Of a stretch of DNA of 63,371 nucleotides, positions 62,616 through 63,371 are shown piece after piece. The notes under the pieces are model-generated. The model was not told the origin of the DNA. It worked only from the letters and a program-made list of their open reading frames with translations, and ran no database searches. Every line of letters begins with the position of its first letter. The first letter of the stretch is position 1. The DNA is from an uncultured virus (IMG/VR IMGVR_UViG_3300045999_004337). Taxonomy: Duplodnaviria > Heunggongvirae > Uroviricota > Caudoviricetes. The DNA is taken from IMG/VR virus record IMGVR_UViG_3300045999_004337; one strand, 5' to 3'. Both the position numbers and the translations under genes were made by a program.

Positions 62616-62974
62616 TGCAGAACCTTCGCTTCCTGCTCGTCCTCCCCGACTTCACCATGTATGTCGTGACAACTCCCTTCGGTGAGGCTTGGCAGATGAA
62701 GCGTTGGCTTGACGGCGTGAGGGAGGGAGGGACGGATTCATTCGTGGACGATCCGATCTCCTCCCTCCCTCCGCGTTCGTTTGTGAACCTTGTGATCGAT
62801 GAGATCGAAGACGGATTCAGCGAGGAGAAGAACGCCATCAAGCCGTCCCATGCCCTGCTCCGTGGATGTCACGGGACTCTCATGGTGGACGGCAACGGAT
62901 CGGTGTTCTACATGACTCGCGGATCGATGGAGAAGTGGGACTTGCCCTACCGCATCGGAACGGCAAGCGACTGA
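62615..62974 (+). CDS. Hypothetical protein
   Basis: TGATG overlap. Confidence 0.7.
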   Translation: MQNLRFLLVLPDFTMYVVTTPFGEAWQMKRWLDGVREGGTDSFVDDPISSLPPRSFVNLVIDEIEDGFSEEKNAIKPSHALLRGCHGTLMVDGNGSVFYMTRGSMEKWDLPYRIGTASD

Positions 62975-62983
62975 ACAAACAAT

Positions 62984-63057
62984 GTCCGCATGGCGCAATT
63001 GGATAGCGCAAGTCGGTCCTAACGATTAGGTTGCAGGTTCGAGTCCTGCTGCGGACG
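62984..63057 (+). tRNA. tRNA-Arg(CCU)
   Basis: AGTCG-GTCCTAA-CGATT; acceptor GTCCGCA/TGCGGAC. Confidence 0.92.
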
Positions 63058-63074
63058 CTTTGGTGGTTTTCACA

Positions 63075-63239
63075 ATGGACAAGTCAGAAACCGACAATCA
63101 GAATCTTCTCGACAGAGTGGAGGATGACTACTCTGCCTATGCGTTTCGCATCGAATTCACAACGATGATTCTCATAGTCCTGATGAACCTCGTATTGGTT
63201 TCACTTGGGCTTTTGGGCTTCGTTTACCTGCTTGACTGA
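63075..63239 (+). CDS. 54-aa membrane protein
   Basis: Manual translation; C-terminal hydrophobic segment. Confidence 0.55.
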   Translation: MDKSETDNQNLLDRVEDDYSAYAFRIEFTTMILIVLMNLVLVSLGLLGFVYLLD

Positions 63240-63260
63240 TACCCGTCCTTCGGGTATACT
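63232..63260 (+). promoter_or_regulatory. Sigma70-like promoter with palindromic spacer
   Basis: TTGACT-17nt-TATACT; ATACCCG-TCCTT-CGGGTAT inverted repeat. Confidence 0.65.
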
Positions 63261-63280
63261 TTCACATGAAAGGAGGGCAT

Positions 63281-63371
63281 ATGCCCAAGCGTGTCATCGA
63301 CCGATTCGACATCGAAGCCGAGCGGGAGGGGAGTGCCGTGGCACGACACAACCGTTCCATCTGCAAGCCGT
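63281..63371 (+). CDS. Hypothetical protein (partial)
   Basis: AAGGAGG SD, MPKRVIDRFDIE..., runs off the right edge. Confidence 0.65.
   Translation, partial: MPKRVIDRFDIEAEREGSAVARHNRSICKP

Noticed and set aside
1..63371. Stop-codon reassignment
   Set aside because: Core genes are intact in the standard code, TAG, TGA and TAA all end conserved genes, and there is no suppressor tRNA

Overview
A 63-kb segment of a large, GC-rich T4-like myophage genome. 1-36.6 kb (minus strand) is the virion morphogenesis block: two tandem tail-sheath paralogs, terminase gp17/gp16, gp15/14/13, four fibre/adhesin-like genes, a 1777-aa VrlC-like protein, baseplate gp8/7/6/25, a holin-T-like protein, PAAR, gp5, gp27-like, gp53 and gp48. 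36.6-41.5 kb (plus strand) holds gp4, gp2, gp54, gp26, gp51 and a tape-measure-like gene, with a candidate -1 frameshift site at the gp26/gp51 junction. 42-50.3 kb is an RNA-rich region with 15 of the window's 16 tRNA genes, including tRNA-Ile(UAU) and a tRNA-Lys(UUU) split by a 192-nt group I intron at anticodon position 35/36, several unexplained structured RNAs and a complete circularly permuted (two-piece) tmRNA encoding the tag AANMRMAA. 51-63 kb is an early/accessory region of small overlapping genes behind sigma70-like promoters, with RtcB, an i-type-lysozyme-like enzyme, a CobS/MoxR-type AAA ATPase, recurrent gene-junction microhomologies and an acidic DNA-mimic candidate. The most striking signal is a possible phage translation-rescue/RNA-repair toolkit (permuted tmRNA + intron-split tRNA-Lys + tRNA array + RtcB). 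All calls were made by eye from motifs and synteny; no searches or folding programs were run, and novelty claims need database checks.
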